Source of the DNA: a virus
Lineage: Duplodnaviria; Caudoviricetes
Strand: one strand, 5' to 3'
IMG/VR virus record: IMGVR_UViG_3300036805_000147
Coordinates: 1 to 40,358 of that record
Length of the DNA stretch: 40,358 nt
The notes beneath the pieces were generated by a model. The model did not search any database. It was not told the DNA's origin and saw only the letters and a list, made by a program, of their open reading frames with translations. The position numbers were made by a program, and so were the translations under genes. Shown here piece after piece: positions 15,999 through 25,198 of the stretch; positions within the stretch are counted from its first letter, which is position 1, and every line of letters starts with the position of its first letter.

Positions 15999-17398
15999 AG
16001 CGAATCACCCAACTCACCGACGAGCACAAGGCCGCCATCCCCGGCCACGTGGCCAAGTGGATCGCCGCCGGCCAGTGCACCGACCCCGCCGACTGGGACC
16101 AGGTCACCGACGGCATCCGCCGCTGCTACGGCTACGCCGACATCCCCTGGCACAACAACGTCATCCGCGTCTCGTCCCCGCTGGTGATGTCGCTGGCCGC
16201 CCCGATCGCCGCGGTGCTGATCGAGCACTACGACCGCACCGGCCAGATCGGGCTGCGCGGCGCGGTGCGCGGCGCGGTGCGCGGCGCGGTGGACGACGCG
16301 GTGCACGACGCGGTGGACGGCGCGGTGGACGGCGCGGTGGACGACGCGGTGCACGGCGCGGTGGACGACGCGGTGGACGGCGCGGTGCGCGGCGCGGTGG
16401 GCGGCGCGGTGGGCGGCGCGGTGGACGGCGCGGTGGGCGGCGCGGTGGGCGGCGCGGTGCGCGGCGCGGTGCGCGGCGCGGTGGACGGCGCGGTGGACGG
16501 CGCGGTGCGCGGCGCGGTGCGCGGCGCGGTGCACGGCGCGGTGCGCGGCGCGGTGCGCGGCGCGGTGGACGACGCGGTGCGCGACGCGGTGCGCGGCGCG
16601 GTGCACGGCGCGGTGCACGACGCGGTGGACGACGCGGTGCGCGACGCGGTGCACGACGCGGTGCACGACGCGGTGCACGACGCGGTGCGTCGAGCCATCC
16701 GATCCCACTGGTACTACCGCGTCAGCGGCCAATGGTGGATCAACTGGCAGGCGTGGACCAGCTTCTTCCGCGACGTCACCAACCTCGAGTTGCCCGGCGA
16801 CCTGTGGGACCGCGACCGCGCCTACGCCGACGCCAACACGGCCGGCTGGTGGTGGCCCCACCGCCGCTTCACCATGGTCGTCGACCGGCCCGCCGAACTC
16901 CACCTCGAGCAAATCGCGCCGACCGGGTGGGGTTCGCATCGCCTGCACCGCGGCGACGGGCCGGCCATCGCGTGGCGCGACGGGTGGGCCCTGCACTACT
17001 GGCACGGCGTCCGCGTCCCCGCCGACCTCATCGAGGGCGGCGGCTGGGACCCCGGTCGGATCCTGCGCGAACCCAACCAGGAGATCCGCCGGTGCGCGGT
17101 GGAGCGCAGCGGCGGCTGGGGTTGGTTCGTGTTGGCCGCCGGAATGCAGGCCGTGTGCGAGCCAGTGCCCGACCCGGGAAACCCCGGACAGACGATCAGG
17201 CTGTACGACCTGCCCGAGCAGATGTTCGACGAGCCCGTGCGTGTTCTCACCTGCACCAACGGGACTGTCGAGCGGGATGGTAGTCGCCGTTCGTTCGGGC
17301 TGACGGTGCCGGCGTCGTTCACGGACCCGGTCGCGGCGGCGGCGTGGTCGTATGACTGGCCGGCTGACGCCTACCGGCAGCTCGCGAGGCGGGCATGA
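15995..17398 (+). CDS. DUF6745-type protein with tetrapeptide repeat array
   Basis: N-terminal CYGYA....V.SP, central (xxAV)36, C-terminal AGWWWP..RP..LH..LH..DGPAIAWRDGW..HYWHGVRVP..N.EIRR. Confidence 0.8.
   Translation: MKRITQLTDEHKAAIPGHVAKWIAAGQCTDPADWDQVTDGIRRCYGYADIPWHNNVIRVSSPLVMSLAAPIAAVLIEHYDRTGQIGLRGAVRGAVRGAVDDAVHDAVDGAVDGAVDDAVHGAVDDAVDGAVRGAVGGAVGGAVDGAVGGAVGGAVRGAVRGAVDGAVDGAVRGAVRGAVHGAVRGAVRGAVDDAVRDAVRGAVHGAVHDAVDDAVRDAVHDAVHDAVHDAVRRAIRSHWYYRVSGQWWINWQAWTSFFRDVTNLELPGDLWDRDRAYADANTAGWWWPHRRFTMVVDRPAELHLEQIAPTGWGSHRLHRGDGPAIAWRDGWALHYWHGVRVPADLIEGGGWDPGRILREPNQEIRRCAVERSGGWGWFVLAAGMQAVCEPVPDPGNPGQTIRLYDLPEQMFDEPVRVLTCTNGTVERDGSRRSFGLTVPASFTDPVAAAAWSYDWPADAYRQLARRA
16256..16687 (+). 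repeat. 36 x 12-bp coding tandem repeat (S)(R)CG(R)CGCGGTG
   Basis: Counted 36 units encoding (R/H/D/G)(G/D)AV. Confidence 0.95.
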
Positions 17399-17601
17399 GG
17401 CGCCGGCTGGCCGCGTGGCGGTGGCAGTGGTCCACGCGCAGCACCCGCCGCCTGGCACGCCGGATGTGGGGTGCCGACGCGCCCACCGACTTCGACCAGA
17501 TCGCGGCCCGCGCGATCGCCGAGGGTGTCGTGTCCGAACAGGACCTGTACGACGCGGCGGCGGCCGGCATCGAGAAACACAACCAGCTTCCACGCACCTA
17601 G
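17395..17601 (+). CDS. hypothetical protein
   Basis: ATGA overlap with the DUF6745-type gene. Confidence 0.55.
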   Translation: MRRRLAAWRWQWSTRSTRRLARRMWGADAPTDFDQIAARAIAEGVVSEQDLYDAAAAGIEKHNQLPRT

Positions 17602-17645
17602 GCGTGGGGGATCGATCCCCAATCACATCAACAGAAGGAGAGACA

Positions 17646-18038
17646 GTGCGCACTGTCGCAGAACTGATCGAGTCCACCGGCGTGGACGTGTTGGACTACC
17701 TGGACCGGCAGGCGTCGGTGCCGGTGCTCACCGCCCCGCAGATCCAGGGCGACGTGTCGTTCCTGCCCGCCGACGGGCTGGTGGCGAACACGCCGATCCC
17801 GGCGGCCGGTGTCGTCGTCGCGTCGGGTCGGGAGGGCCACGACCACCGCCTGGTGGGCGTCGGCTTCTTCGACATCGCCAACGACGGCGGCGTGGGCATC
17901 GGCGTGCTGACGGTGCCCGAGGGTGCCGAGGTGTACGCGGCGCACGACGAGCACGGCTTCATGGGCTTCGGGCCGGGCACGTACCGGGTCGGCCGGCAAC
18001 GTGAGCAGGCGGACATCATCGCGTTCGTGGCGGACTGA
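17646..18038 (+). CDS. His-rich beta protein, typical DUF6745 partner
   Basis: QGDV...GHDHRL...HDEH...PGTYRV.RQRE...VAD; SD GAAGGAG. Confidence 0.75.
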   Translation: MRTVAELIESTGVDVLDYLDRQASVPVLTAPQIQGDVSFLPADGLVANTPIPAAGVVVASGREGHDHRLVGVGFFDIANDGGVGIGVLTVPEGAEVYAAHDEHGFMGFGPGTYRVGRQREQADIIAFVAD

Positions 18039-18043
18039 GAACC

Positions 18044-18083
18044 GCGGTGGCCGCGCCCTACTTCCCCGGGGCGCGGCCACCGC
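18044..18083 (+). terminator. GC-rich hairpin (terminator or processing site)
   Basis: GCGGTGGCCGCGCCC...GGGCGCGGCCACCGC. Confidence 0.55.
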
Positions 18084-18105
18084 ACCCCCATCCTGAGAGG
18101 ACAGC

Positions 18106-18825
18106 ATGATCCGCGTTCCCACGAAAGATCTGGTCGGCATGTTGACCGACCTGGTGCACACCGCCGCCGACCCTGCGAGCGCCTCGGGCACTGCGTCGGT
18201 GCTGTTGCACACGGTGCGCGGCTACCGGCCCGGCGAGCCCGGCCTGTCCGACCGGCTGGTGGGCACGTCGTGCACCGGGAAGTTGTTGGGCCACTGCCAC
18301 ATCGAGTGCACGGGCCAGTCCGAGCCGATGCTGTGGCCGGTCGGCGAGGTTCAGGCGGTCATCGCCGTGTTGAAGCCGTTGGCGAAGCAGGCCGACCACG
18401 CCGTCGAACTCGGCCGCGACGATGCCGGCCAGTTGTATGTGGCCGAGGACCCGGACCTGTTCGGTGAGCGTCTGAAGCTGACGTTCTCCGGGATGGATGT
18501 GGCCGAGTTCCCGGTGGAGGGCGTGCGCGGCCTGCTCACCGAGGTGCGTGTCCGCCCGGCCGGTGTCGACGTGCCGGACGTGTTGCCGCGTACGGACTTC
18601 GCTGCCTGGCAGGTGGCGCCGTTCGCGAAGATCGCCTCCCGGCGGGGCGAGTTGATCGAGTTGTTTCGGTGGCATCAGCGGCTGCCGATCATGGTGCAGA
18701 TCGGCGAGCAGTATCGGGGTGTGATCGTGCCGATGCAGTGGTCGGATGAGTCGGCCGGTCCGGATGTGTCGCCGTCGGGTGACGTGTACCCGTTGACGTT
18801 GGACGCGTTGGCAGGTGTGTCGTGA
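18106..18825 (+). CDS. hypothetical protein, possibly beta-clamp-like fold
   Basis: Clamp-like pattern of alternating helix/strand, ending G.IVPM; upstream of the recombination genes; assignment tentative. Confidence 0.5.
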   Translation: MIRVPTKDLVGMLTDLVHTAADPASASGTASVLLHTVRGYRPGEPGLSDRLVGTSCTGKLLGHCHIECTGQSEPMLWPVGEVQAVIAVLKPLAKQADHAVELGRDDAGQLYVAEDPDLFGERLKLTFSGMDVAEFPVEGVRGLLTEVRVRPAGVDVPDVLPRTDFAAWQVAPFAKIASRRGELIELFRWHQRLPIMVQIGEQYRGVIVPMQWSDESAGPDVSPSGDVYPLTLDALAGVS

Positions 18826-19139
18826 CCGCTGCGCTGCGGCAGGACTGCGAGACCGTCGTGTGTGGCCACCGCACGTATCGGGCGATCGGCCGGCCCTGGT
18901 CCGAACTGGTCGCGGAGATGGCCACCGACTCGCTGCCGGGGCGGCGGCGCTGCGTGGGCCGGTGCGGGCGCACCCTCGACGGCCAGTCGGCGGACGTGTG
19001 CGTGGCGTGTTGGAGTCGCCTGCCCTTCGCGTACCGGCAGCCGATCGCGTCGTCGTTCATGCGGGACCCGGTCGCGCACTCGGCCGCCATGGCCACCGCG
19101 GCCGCGTGGTTCGAGCGGCACCTGGGGGTGCGGACATGA
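18822..19139 (+). CDS. small Cys-rich protein
   Basis: C..RC...C..CW.RLP; GTGA overlap. Confidence 0.6.
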   Translation: MTAALRQDCETVVCGHRTYRAIGRPWSELVAEMATDSLPGRRRCVGRCGRTLDGQSADVCVACWSRLPFAYRQPIASSFMRDPVAHSAAMATAAAWFERHLGVRT

Positions 19140-19432
19140 CCGGCTTCGGCTTCGAGCCGGCGCCGTTCGCCGGCCGCATCCACGTCGCGCGCGGCGGTTC
19201 CGACGGCGGTGCCGCCCTGTTCCTGGCCGATGCGGACCGCGAGGGCCGGCACTGGGTGCGGCAACTGTCCGAGGACGAGCTGGCGGTCCTGGCGCAGGAA
19301 GCCGCCGACGCGCTCGCCGCCGGCCCGCCGCCGTTGGATCGGGATGCAGTGCTGGCGTCGATGTCGGCCGCACGCCACCGCGAGGCCGCACTGCCCGCGC
19401 TGCGCGCCGCCCGACAAGCAGGTGAATCGTGA
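19136..19432 (+). CDS. hypothetical protein
   Basis: ATGA overlap; MTGFGFEPAPF... Confidence 0.6.
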   Translation: MTGFGFEPAPFAGRIHVARGGSDGGAALFLADADREGRHWVRQLSEDELAVLAQEAADALAAGPPPLDRDAVLASMSAARHREAALPALRAARQAGES

Positions 19433-20454
19433 CCACCGCCGCGCCCGCCATCGACCCGGCCATCGCCGAACTCGTCCTGCCGCCCGGCGCCGACCGGCCC
19501 ACCTGGCTGGCCGCCCGCCGCGACGGACTGGGCGGCTCCGAAGTGTCCACCCTGGTCGGCCTGACCCGCTACGAGTCGCCCTACGAACTGTGGCTGGACA
19601 AGACCGGCCAGGTACCGCTCGTCGACGAGGCACCATCCGAAGCCGCCGAGATGGGCACCCTGCTCGAACCCGTGGTACGGGACCGGTTCGCCCGCCTCCA
19701 CAGCCTGACCGTGCACCCGGCCGGCACCTACCGGTCGCGGGAATGGCCGTGGATGTTCGCCAACCCCGACGGCATCGTGTCCGACGGCTACGGCTACGAG
19801 GGCAAGACGTGCTCGCAGTGGGTGGCCTACCAATGGAAGGACGGGCAGACCGCCGACCACGCCGAGTTGCAGGCCCAGTGGGGCATGGCCGTCACCGGCC
19901 TGCCCGCCTGGCACATCGCGGTGCTGATCGCCGGCCAGCACAACGAATACAGGCTGGTCGAACGAGACGACGAGCTGATCGGCGTGCTGGTCGACGTCGG
20001 CCGCCGGTTCTGGCACGACCACGTCCTGGCCCGCCAGGCGCCGGCGTGGGACGGCTCGGACGCCGCCGTGAAGTTCCTGACCGACCGCTACCAGGTGGCA
20101 CAGCCCGACACCATCGCCGACGTCGACGTCGCCGAGCGGGACCGCATCGCCGAACTCCGCGCGCAGACCCTGGCCGCGGAGAAGACCGCCGAGGTCGCCA
20201 CCAACGCGTTGAAGAACCACGTGCGCGCCCTGATCGGCGAGAAGCAGCAGTTGATGTGCGGCGACAAGGTCGTCGCCACGTGGAAGAACACCGGGCAGTT
20301 CAGTCGGCGCCGGTTCGTCGAGGCGCACCCGGACCTGGCCGCCGAGTTCACCCGCCCGGTGACCGTCGACGAGCTGGACATCGACGCGTTGGCCGCGGCG
20401 CACCCGGACCTGTACACGGCGTTCCGGGCCCGCCGCCTGGACTTCAAGATCTGA
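19429..20454 (+). CDS. YqaJ/RecE-like exonuclease
   Basis: WL..RR.GLGGSE, YESPYELWLDKTG, G..LEP, ANPDG..YEGKT, Q.QW.MAVTG. Confidence 0.93.
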   Translation: MTTAAPAIDPAIAELVLPPGADRPTWLAARRDGLGGSEVSTLVGLTRYESPYELWLDKTGQVPLVDEAPSEAAEMGTLLEPVVRDRFARLHSLTVHPAGTYRSREWPWMFANPDGIVSDGYGYEGKTCSQWVAYQWKDGQTADHAELQAQWGMAVTGLPAWHIAVLIAGQHNEYRLVERDDELIGVLVDVGRRFWHDHVLARQAPAWDGSDAAVKFLTDRYQVAQPDTIADVDVAERDRIAELRAQTLAAEKTAEVATNALKNHVRALIGEKQQLMCGDKVVATWKNTGQFSRRRFVEAHPDLAAEFTRPVTVDELDIDALAAAHPDLYTAFRARRLDFKI

Positions 20455-20470
20455 CCGAAGGGGACACGAG

Positions 20471-21556
20471 ATGGGGAACGATCTGGCACGCCGCGTGCGG
20501 GACAACACGGAGGCCAAGCCGGGCGCCGAACTGGAGCAGGCTGCGCCGCCCAGCTTGGCCAAGCAGATCACGAACATGCAGGACCAGTTCGCCATGGCCA
20601 TGCCGCGCGGCAAGGAGGCCGCGCAGTTGGTCCGGGACGCGCTCACCTGCCTGCGGATGACACCGAAGCTGGCCGAGTGCGAGCCCACGTCGGTACTCGG
20701 CGCCCTGATGACCTGCGCGCAGCTCGGCCTGCGCCCCGGCGTGCTGGGCCACGCGTGGCTGCTGCCGTTCTGGGACTCCCGGCTCGTCGTCGGTAAGGAC
20801 GGCCGCGGCAACCCTCGCTATGGCGGCCACCGCGCGCAGCTCGTCATCGGCTACCAGGGTCTGGTCGAGCTGGCGCACCGGTCCGGGCAGATCACGTCAC
20901 TCGTCGCCCGCACCGTACACGCCAACGACACGTTCGACGTGTCCTACGGCCTGGACGACCAGCTCACGCACAAGCCGGTGCTGCGCGGGGAACGGGGCGA
21001 ACCGGTCGCCTACTACGCGGTGGCGAAGTTCACCACCGGCGGGCACGTGTTCTTCGTGATGGGCTACGACGAGATGGAGTCCTACCGGGACCGGTATGCG
21101 ATGGCCCGCAACAAGAAGGGCGAGATCGTCGGCCCGTGGCGGGACCAGTTCGAGGGCATGGCGCTGAAGACCACCATCCGCCAGTTGGCGAAGTGGCTGC
21201 CCAAGTCGACCGAGTTCGCCTCGGCGATCGAGGCGGACGGCTCGGTGCGCCTGGACTTGACCCCGGACCCGGATGCGTTGTTGCACGGTGAGCACCCTGA
21301 CGTCATCGACGTCGACTCGGAGCCGGACCAGGCGGCTAGCCTGCGGACGGCGGCCGATCCGCAGGCGTGGCACGACGCCGGCCACCCGGCGCTCGAGGGC
21401 GGTGTGTTCGCCGCGTGGCACCCCGACTGCACGGTCGCGGCGTGCACCGGCGACCAGGCCGGGAAGGACCACTTCTTCGGGCACGAGCAGCAGACGGTCG
21501 AGGGGTGCGGCTACTGCCAGCGCGAGGCCGAGCTGAACAAGGCGGCCGGCCAGTGA
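20471..21556 (+). CDS. recT: RecT single-strand annealing protein
   Basis: SVLGALMTCAQLGL.P..LG.A.L.PF, IGYQGLVELA.RSG, PW..FEGMALKT.IR.L.KWLP.S. Confidence 0.93.
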   Translation: MGNDLARRVRDNTEAKPGAELEQAAPPSLAKQITNMQDQFAMAMPRGKEAAQLVRDALTCLRMTPKLAECEPTSVLGALMTCAQLGLRPGVLGHAWLLPFWDSRLVVGKDGRGNPRYGGHRAQLVIGYQGLVELAHRSGQITSLVARTVHANDTFDVSYGLDDQLTHKPVLRGERGEPVAYYAVAKFTTGGHVFFVMGYDEMESYRDRYAMARNKKGEIVGPWRDQFEGMALKTTIRQLAKWLPKSTEFASAIEADGSVRLDLTPDPDALLHGEHPDVIDVDSEPDQAASLRTAADPQAWHDAGHPALEGGVFAAWHPDCTVAACTGDQAGKDHFFGHEQQTVEGCGYCQREAELNKAAGQ

Positions 21557-21750
21557 GCGCGGAGAGCTACTTGGCGGCCCTCCGCCAGAGGGTCGGCCAG
21601 CCGCCAACCGAGCTGAAGCCGCCCAGCGCGCTGACCGACGAGCAGCAGGATCGGATCCGCGCCGGCCTGGCGAAGCTGCCACCCGAGTGGGCCGAGCACA
21701 TCGCCGGCCTGATCGGCGTCACACCGCCTGAACCTGGCGGCCCGTCGTGA
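21553..21750 (+). CDS. hypothetical protein
   Basis: GTGA-coupled ORF. Confidence 0.5.
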   Translation: MSAESYLAALRQRVGQPPTELKPPSALTDEQQDRIRAGLAKLPPEWAEHIAGLIGVTPPEPGGPS

Positions 21751-22016
21751 CCCGGCCGTTGGCGGTGCAGCCCTCGCCGTGCAACTTCTGCCAGCGGTCG
21801 ATCTTCTGGCTCACCACGGCACGCGGCCAGCGGATGCCCGTCGACATCCGCCCACACGACGAAGGCAACGTCGACATCGACCGGCACGCCGGCACATGCG
21901 GCGTCCTCAACCCCACCGCGGCCGCCGGTGCCCGCAAGGCCGGCCGGCTCCTGTACCGGCACCACAAGCTGTCCTGCCCGCACGCCGACAAGTGGGCCAA
22001 GAAGAAGGGACGCTGA
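21747..22016 (+). CDS. small zinc-binding protein
   Basis: CNFC..I.W..T..G.RMPVD..P..GNV...H..SCP. Confidence 0.7.
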   Translation: MTRPLAVQPSPCNFCQRSIFWLTTARGQRMPVDIRPHDEGNVDIDRHAGTCGVLNPTAAAGARKAGRLLYRHHKLSCPHADKWAKKKGR

Positions 22017-22017
22017 C

Positions 22018-22218
22018 ATGGCGTACGCGATCAGGCCCGGCACGGACCAAGCAGTCCGCGCCGGCGGGTTGTCTCCGGTTCCGCCGCCGGACCGCTACTG
22101 CCCGCCGCACTGGCGTCTCGCCGTGGCCGCGTGGCTGCTCGGCATGGCCATCCCCAAGCAATGCGCCTGCCGAGCCGCCACCCAGGTGCGCGGCGTCGAC
22201 GAGCCGAGCGCCCCGTGA
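22018..22218 (+). CDS. hypothetical protein
   Basis: SD GAAGGGA; YCPPH..CAC. Confidence 0.45.
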   Translation: MAYAIRPGTDQAVRAGGLSPVPPPDRYCPPHWRLAVAAWLLGMAIPKQCACRAATQVRGVDEPSAP

Positions 22219-22424
22219 TGACCGCCGTCGCGCAGGCCGGCCGCTGCCGGCGAGGTGTCCGCTTCCGCAACAGGAAAGCAGCCCTCGCCGGCCGTGACCG
22301 GCTGGCCAACAAAACCCGCCGCCAGTCCTTCGGCCGGTGCGTGGTGCTGCTGGGCTGGTATCGCTGTGACGAGTGTGCTGGGTGGCATTTGACGGACCGG
22401 GGCACCGGGCAGGTCGCGGCATGA
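22218..22424 (+). CDS. small zinc-finger protein
   Basis: YRCDECAGWHLT motif; TGATG overlap. Confidence 0.65.
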   Translation: MTAVAQAGRCRRGVRFRNRKAALAGRDRLANKTRRQSFGRCVVLLGWYRCDECAGWHLTDRGTGQVAA

Positions 22425-23668
22425 CCGGCCTCGCCGCGCCCGCCGCGATCCGCGCACTGTCCGAGTCGGACAGGCGCCGCCAGGCCGCGCTCACCGTCTG
22501 CCGCCACGCACGCGACACCGCCGACGCCCGGCTGCTGCTGGACGTCCTCGGCCTCCTCGATGACCCGGCCGTGGACGGCACCCTGGGCCTGGTGGCCGTC
22601 GACGAGCTGGACGTCGACGCCGCACCACTGGTCGAGGTCGACGTGCCCGACCTTGACGACACGGCACACGACGAGCTGCCCGACGTCCAGCCGGCCGATG
22701 AGAAGCCAGCCGCCACACACCGCCGCACTCGCCGGCCGTGTGTGGACTGCGGCCGCATCACCGTGGCCCAAACCGAGTGGCGCGACATGACCGAAGCCGA
22801 GAAGGAAGGCGTGGCACTACGCGCCGCGCACGGCATGTGCTGGTCCTGCTACGGCCGCGCCCAACGGGCCCGCACACTGCCGCACCCGGCGCCCCCTGGC
22901 GCGTTGAGGCACGGCCCGAAACCCGGGCCGCCACGGCCCTGCGTGGACTGCCGGCGCCTCACCGTCAACGCCAAGACGTGGGCCCGCATGAGCGTCGCCG
23001 AACGGGACGGCAAGACGGTACGTGGCGCACACGGCATGTGCTCGGCCTGTTGTGCGCGGGCCCGCGCCCATGGCACGCTGCCCAACCCGGCGCCCCGCGA
23101 ACAGCCGGCGGCCGCCGAACCGGCCGAGCCTGTCGTGGACATGGATGAGCTGGCGTCGGAAATCGACGTGGCACCGTCGGAAGTCGACGCTCCCGAGCCG
23201 GCCCCTGAGCCACCGGCGGACATGCCGGCCGGCACGACGAGCTGCGCCTGCGGCCGGCTCGCGGTCGCACACGGCCAGTGCGGCTTCTGCATCGCCGAGA
23301 GGAAACCCGCCGAGCCAGCCGAGCCAGCCGAACCGGTCGACGACCTGCCGCTGGTCCAACCCGCCGAGCCGGACGACGAGGACGCGGCCGACGAGGACGC
23401 CATCACCCGCGCACTCGTCCCCGTCGTGCTCAACCTCATCGGCGCCGTCCACGCCCGCGACGCCACCGCCGTCGCCGCCGCGTTCGAGCAGGCCGGCGTG
23501 CTACGCGACGACCCGCTGGCCGCGGCTCGGCACCTGGCCGTGGTCGCCGCCGAGATGTGCTCCGAGCACCTGGCCGCCCAGGTGGCGCTGGGCTGGGCGC
23601 TCGACACCAACCAGGACAACCGGTCCAGCACCGACGCATTGCGTGCTGGGCGCACAACCGAACACTGA
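22421..23668 (+). CDS. multi-zinc-finger protein with internal duplication
   Basis: Two RPCVDC..AHGMC..C repeats 201 nt apart, plus a CACG..HGQCGFC finger. Confidence 0.7.
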   Translation: MTGLAAPAAIRALSESDRRRQAALTVCRHARDTADARLLLDVLGLLDDPAVDGTLGLVAVDELDVDAAPLVEVDVPDLDDTAHDELPDVQPADEKPAATHRRTRRPCVDCGRITVAQTEWRDMTEAEKEGVALRAAHGMCWSCYGRAQRARTLPHPAPPGALRHGPKPGPPRPCVDCRRLTVNAKTWARMSVAERDGKTVRGAHGMCSACCARARAHGTLPNPAPREQPAAAEPAEPVVDMDELASEIDVAPSEVDAPEPAPEPPADMPAGTTSCACGRLAVAHGQCGFCIAERKPAEPAEPAEPVDDLPLVQPAEPDDEDAADEDAITRALVPVVLNLIGAVHARDATAVAAAFEQAGVLRDDPLAAARHLAVVAAEMCSEHLAAQVALGWALDTNQDNRSSTDALRAGRTTEH

Positions 23669-23685
23669 CCAGAAGGGAGCGCCCG

Positions 23686-24276
23686 ATGGCCGTCTCGAAA
23701 CGGCTGCGCTACGAAGTGCTCCGGCGGGACAACCACGCCTGCCGATACTGCGGACGCTCCGCACCCGACGTCGAGTTGACCGTCGACCACGTCGTGCCGG
23801 TCGCACTCGGCGGCACAGACGACCCGGCCAACCTCGTCACGGCCTGCTCGGACTGCAACGCCGGCAAGGCCGCGTCCGTACCGGATGCCTCTCTCGTTGC
23901 CGACGTCGAACAGGACGCGCTCCGATGGGCCACGGCGATGAAACGGGCATCCGAGATCCAGGCACAAGCCAGGGCCGATGACGACGCCTACATCGCCGGC
24001 ACCGACGACTACTGGTGCCGTTGGCGCACCGACCACGGAACCGGTGACGTCCTGCCACGGCCGCCCGACTGGCCGAAGTCCGTGCTCGCGTTCCGCGATG
24101 CCGGCTTGTCCGGCGAGGAGATCGGCCAGGCGATCGACACTGCGATGACCACGCGCGGCGTCAGCGACGTGTGGCGCTACTTCTGTGGCATCTGCTGGCG
24201 CATCCTCGCTGAACGCCGCGAGATGGCCGCCCAGTTGCTTGCCGTGGAAGACGAGGAGCGCACCGATGGCTCGTGA
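23686..24276 (+). CDS. HNH endonuclease
   Basis: MAVSKRLRYEVLRRDNHACRYCG..VDHVVP..GG...NLVTAC.DCN.GK. Confidence 0.93.
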   Translation: MAVSKRLRYEVLRRDNHACRYCGRSAPDVELTVDHVVPVALGGTDDPANLVTACSDCNAGKAASVPDASLVADVEQDALRWATAMKRASEIQAQARADDDAYIAGTDDYWCRWRTDHGTGDVLPRPPDWPKSVLAFRDAGLSGEEIGQAIDTAMTTRGVSDVWRYFCGICWRILAERREMAAQLLAVEDEERTDGS

Positions 24277-25198
24277 CCACGCCCGCTGGCAGACACGCAC
24301 CTGGGACCCGGCAAGCGACTTCCGCACGCTGCGCTCGGACGCGCAACGCCTGTACATGGTGATGACCTCGCACAAGTCGATCAACCACGCCGGTGTGCTG
24401 CCGTTGCAGCCCAAGAAGTGGGCCGGCCTGGCGCCGGACACGACCGTCGAGGACGTCATGGCCACGTTGGACGTGCTCGTCGCCGAACGGTACGTGGTCG
24501 TCGACGCGGACACCGAGGAGGTGTTGGTGCGCACGTTCATCCGCAACGACGGCGTGGCGAAGCAGCCCAACGTGCTCAAGGCGGCGCTGCGGCAGGCGTC
24601 CGCGATCGAGTCGCCGAAGCTGCGTGCCGCGCTCGCTGTGGAGTTGCGCCGGTTGGGTTCGGCGGAGGCCGCGAGGGTCGCGGACACCATCGCTCCGAAC
24701 CCTTCCGGTAACCCTTCGCCGAACCCTTCCGTAAACGGTTCGGGTAACCCTTCGGCCACTGTGGACAACCCTGTGGACAAGAACCCTTCGGGAACCCTTC
24801 CCGGAACCCCTCGCGAACCCATCGCCCAGGGGTCGGGGGAAGTGGTAGGGGAAGGGGGAAGCTCTAGCCCCGTAGGTGGTTCAGTTGGGGGGTCGCGCGC
24901 GGGCGCACACACGCGCGAGGCACCCCCAGCCGACCAACGCCCCCCCGAACGCTGCCCCAAACACGCCGACAGCGACGGCACCGAACCGTGCGGCCCGTGT
25001 GGAGCCGCACGCCGCGCCGCCCAAGCCTGGGACGCCGACGCACCCCAACGCGCCGCCTCCGCCCGCCTCGCCGTCCGCGACTGCCCGTGGTGCGACGGGG
25101 ACGGCTGGCGGTGGGTCGACCCGCGCCGCAAAGCCCACGGCACCCGCACCGGGCCCGGCGCCCGCTGCGACCACACGAGCCCCGTCGGAGTGTCCTGA
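24266..25198 (+). CDS. replication initiator protein
   Basis: W...DFR.L...AQRLY....S....AGVL..W N-terminus, EEVLVR.FIRNDG, internal iteron-coded NPS repeats, C-terminal C.H..C..C and C..CD..G...C.H. Confidence 0.8.
   Translation: MARDHARWQTRTWDPASDFRTLRSDAQRLYMVMTSHKSINHAGVLPLQPKKWAGLAPDTTVEDVMATLDVLVAERYVVVDADTEEVLVRTFIRNDGVAKQPNVLKAALRQASAIESPKLRAALAVELRRLGSAEAARVADTIAPNPSGNPSPNPSVNGSGNPSATVDNPVDKNPSGTLPGTPREPIAQGSGEVVGEGGSSSPVGGSVGGSRAGAHTREAPPADQRPPERCPKHADSDGTEPCGPCGAARRAAQAWDADAPQRAASARLAVRDCPWCDGDGWRWVDPRRKAHGTRTGPGARCDHTSPVGVS
24698..24823. other. putative replication origin: AACCCTTC iterons flanking two DnaA boxes
   Basis: Iterons at 24698, 24710, 24722, (24734), 24746, 24782, 24793, (24805), (24816); TGTGGACAA at 24760 and 24772. 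Confidence 0.75.

Noticed and set aside
16256-16687. Repeat array as a CRISPR array or DGR variable region
   Set aside because: The units are contiguous 12-mers with no spacers and lie in frame within a CDS. There is no cas or reverse transcriptase gene and no template repeat.
15695-17677. Long alternative-frame ORFs over the repeat (660 aa minus strand; 408 aa Arg/Gly-rich plus strand)
   Set aside because: These are stop-free shadows of a GC-rich repeat. Only the 15995-17398 frame has recognisable domains and coupled start/stop.
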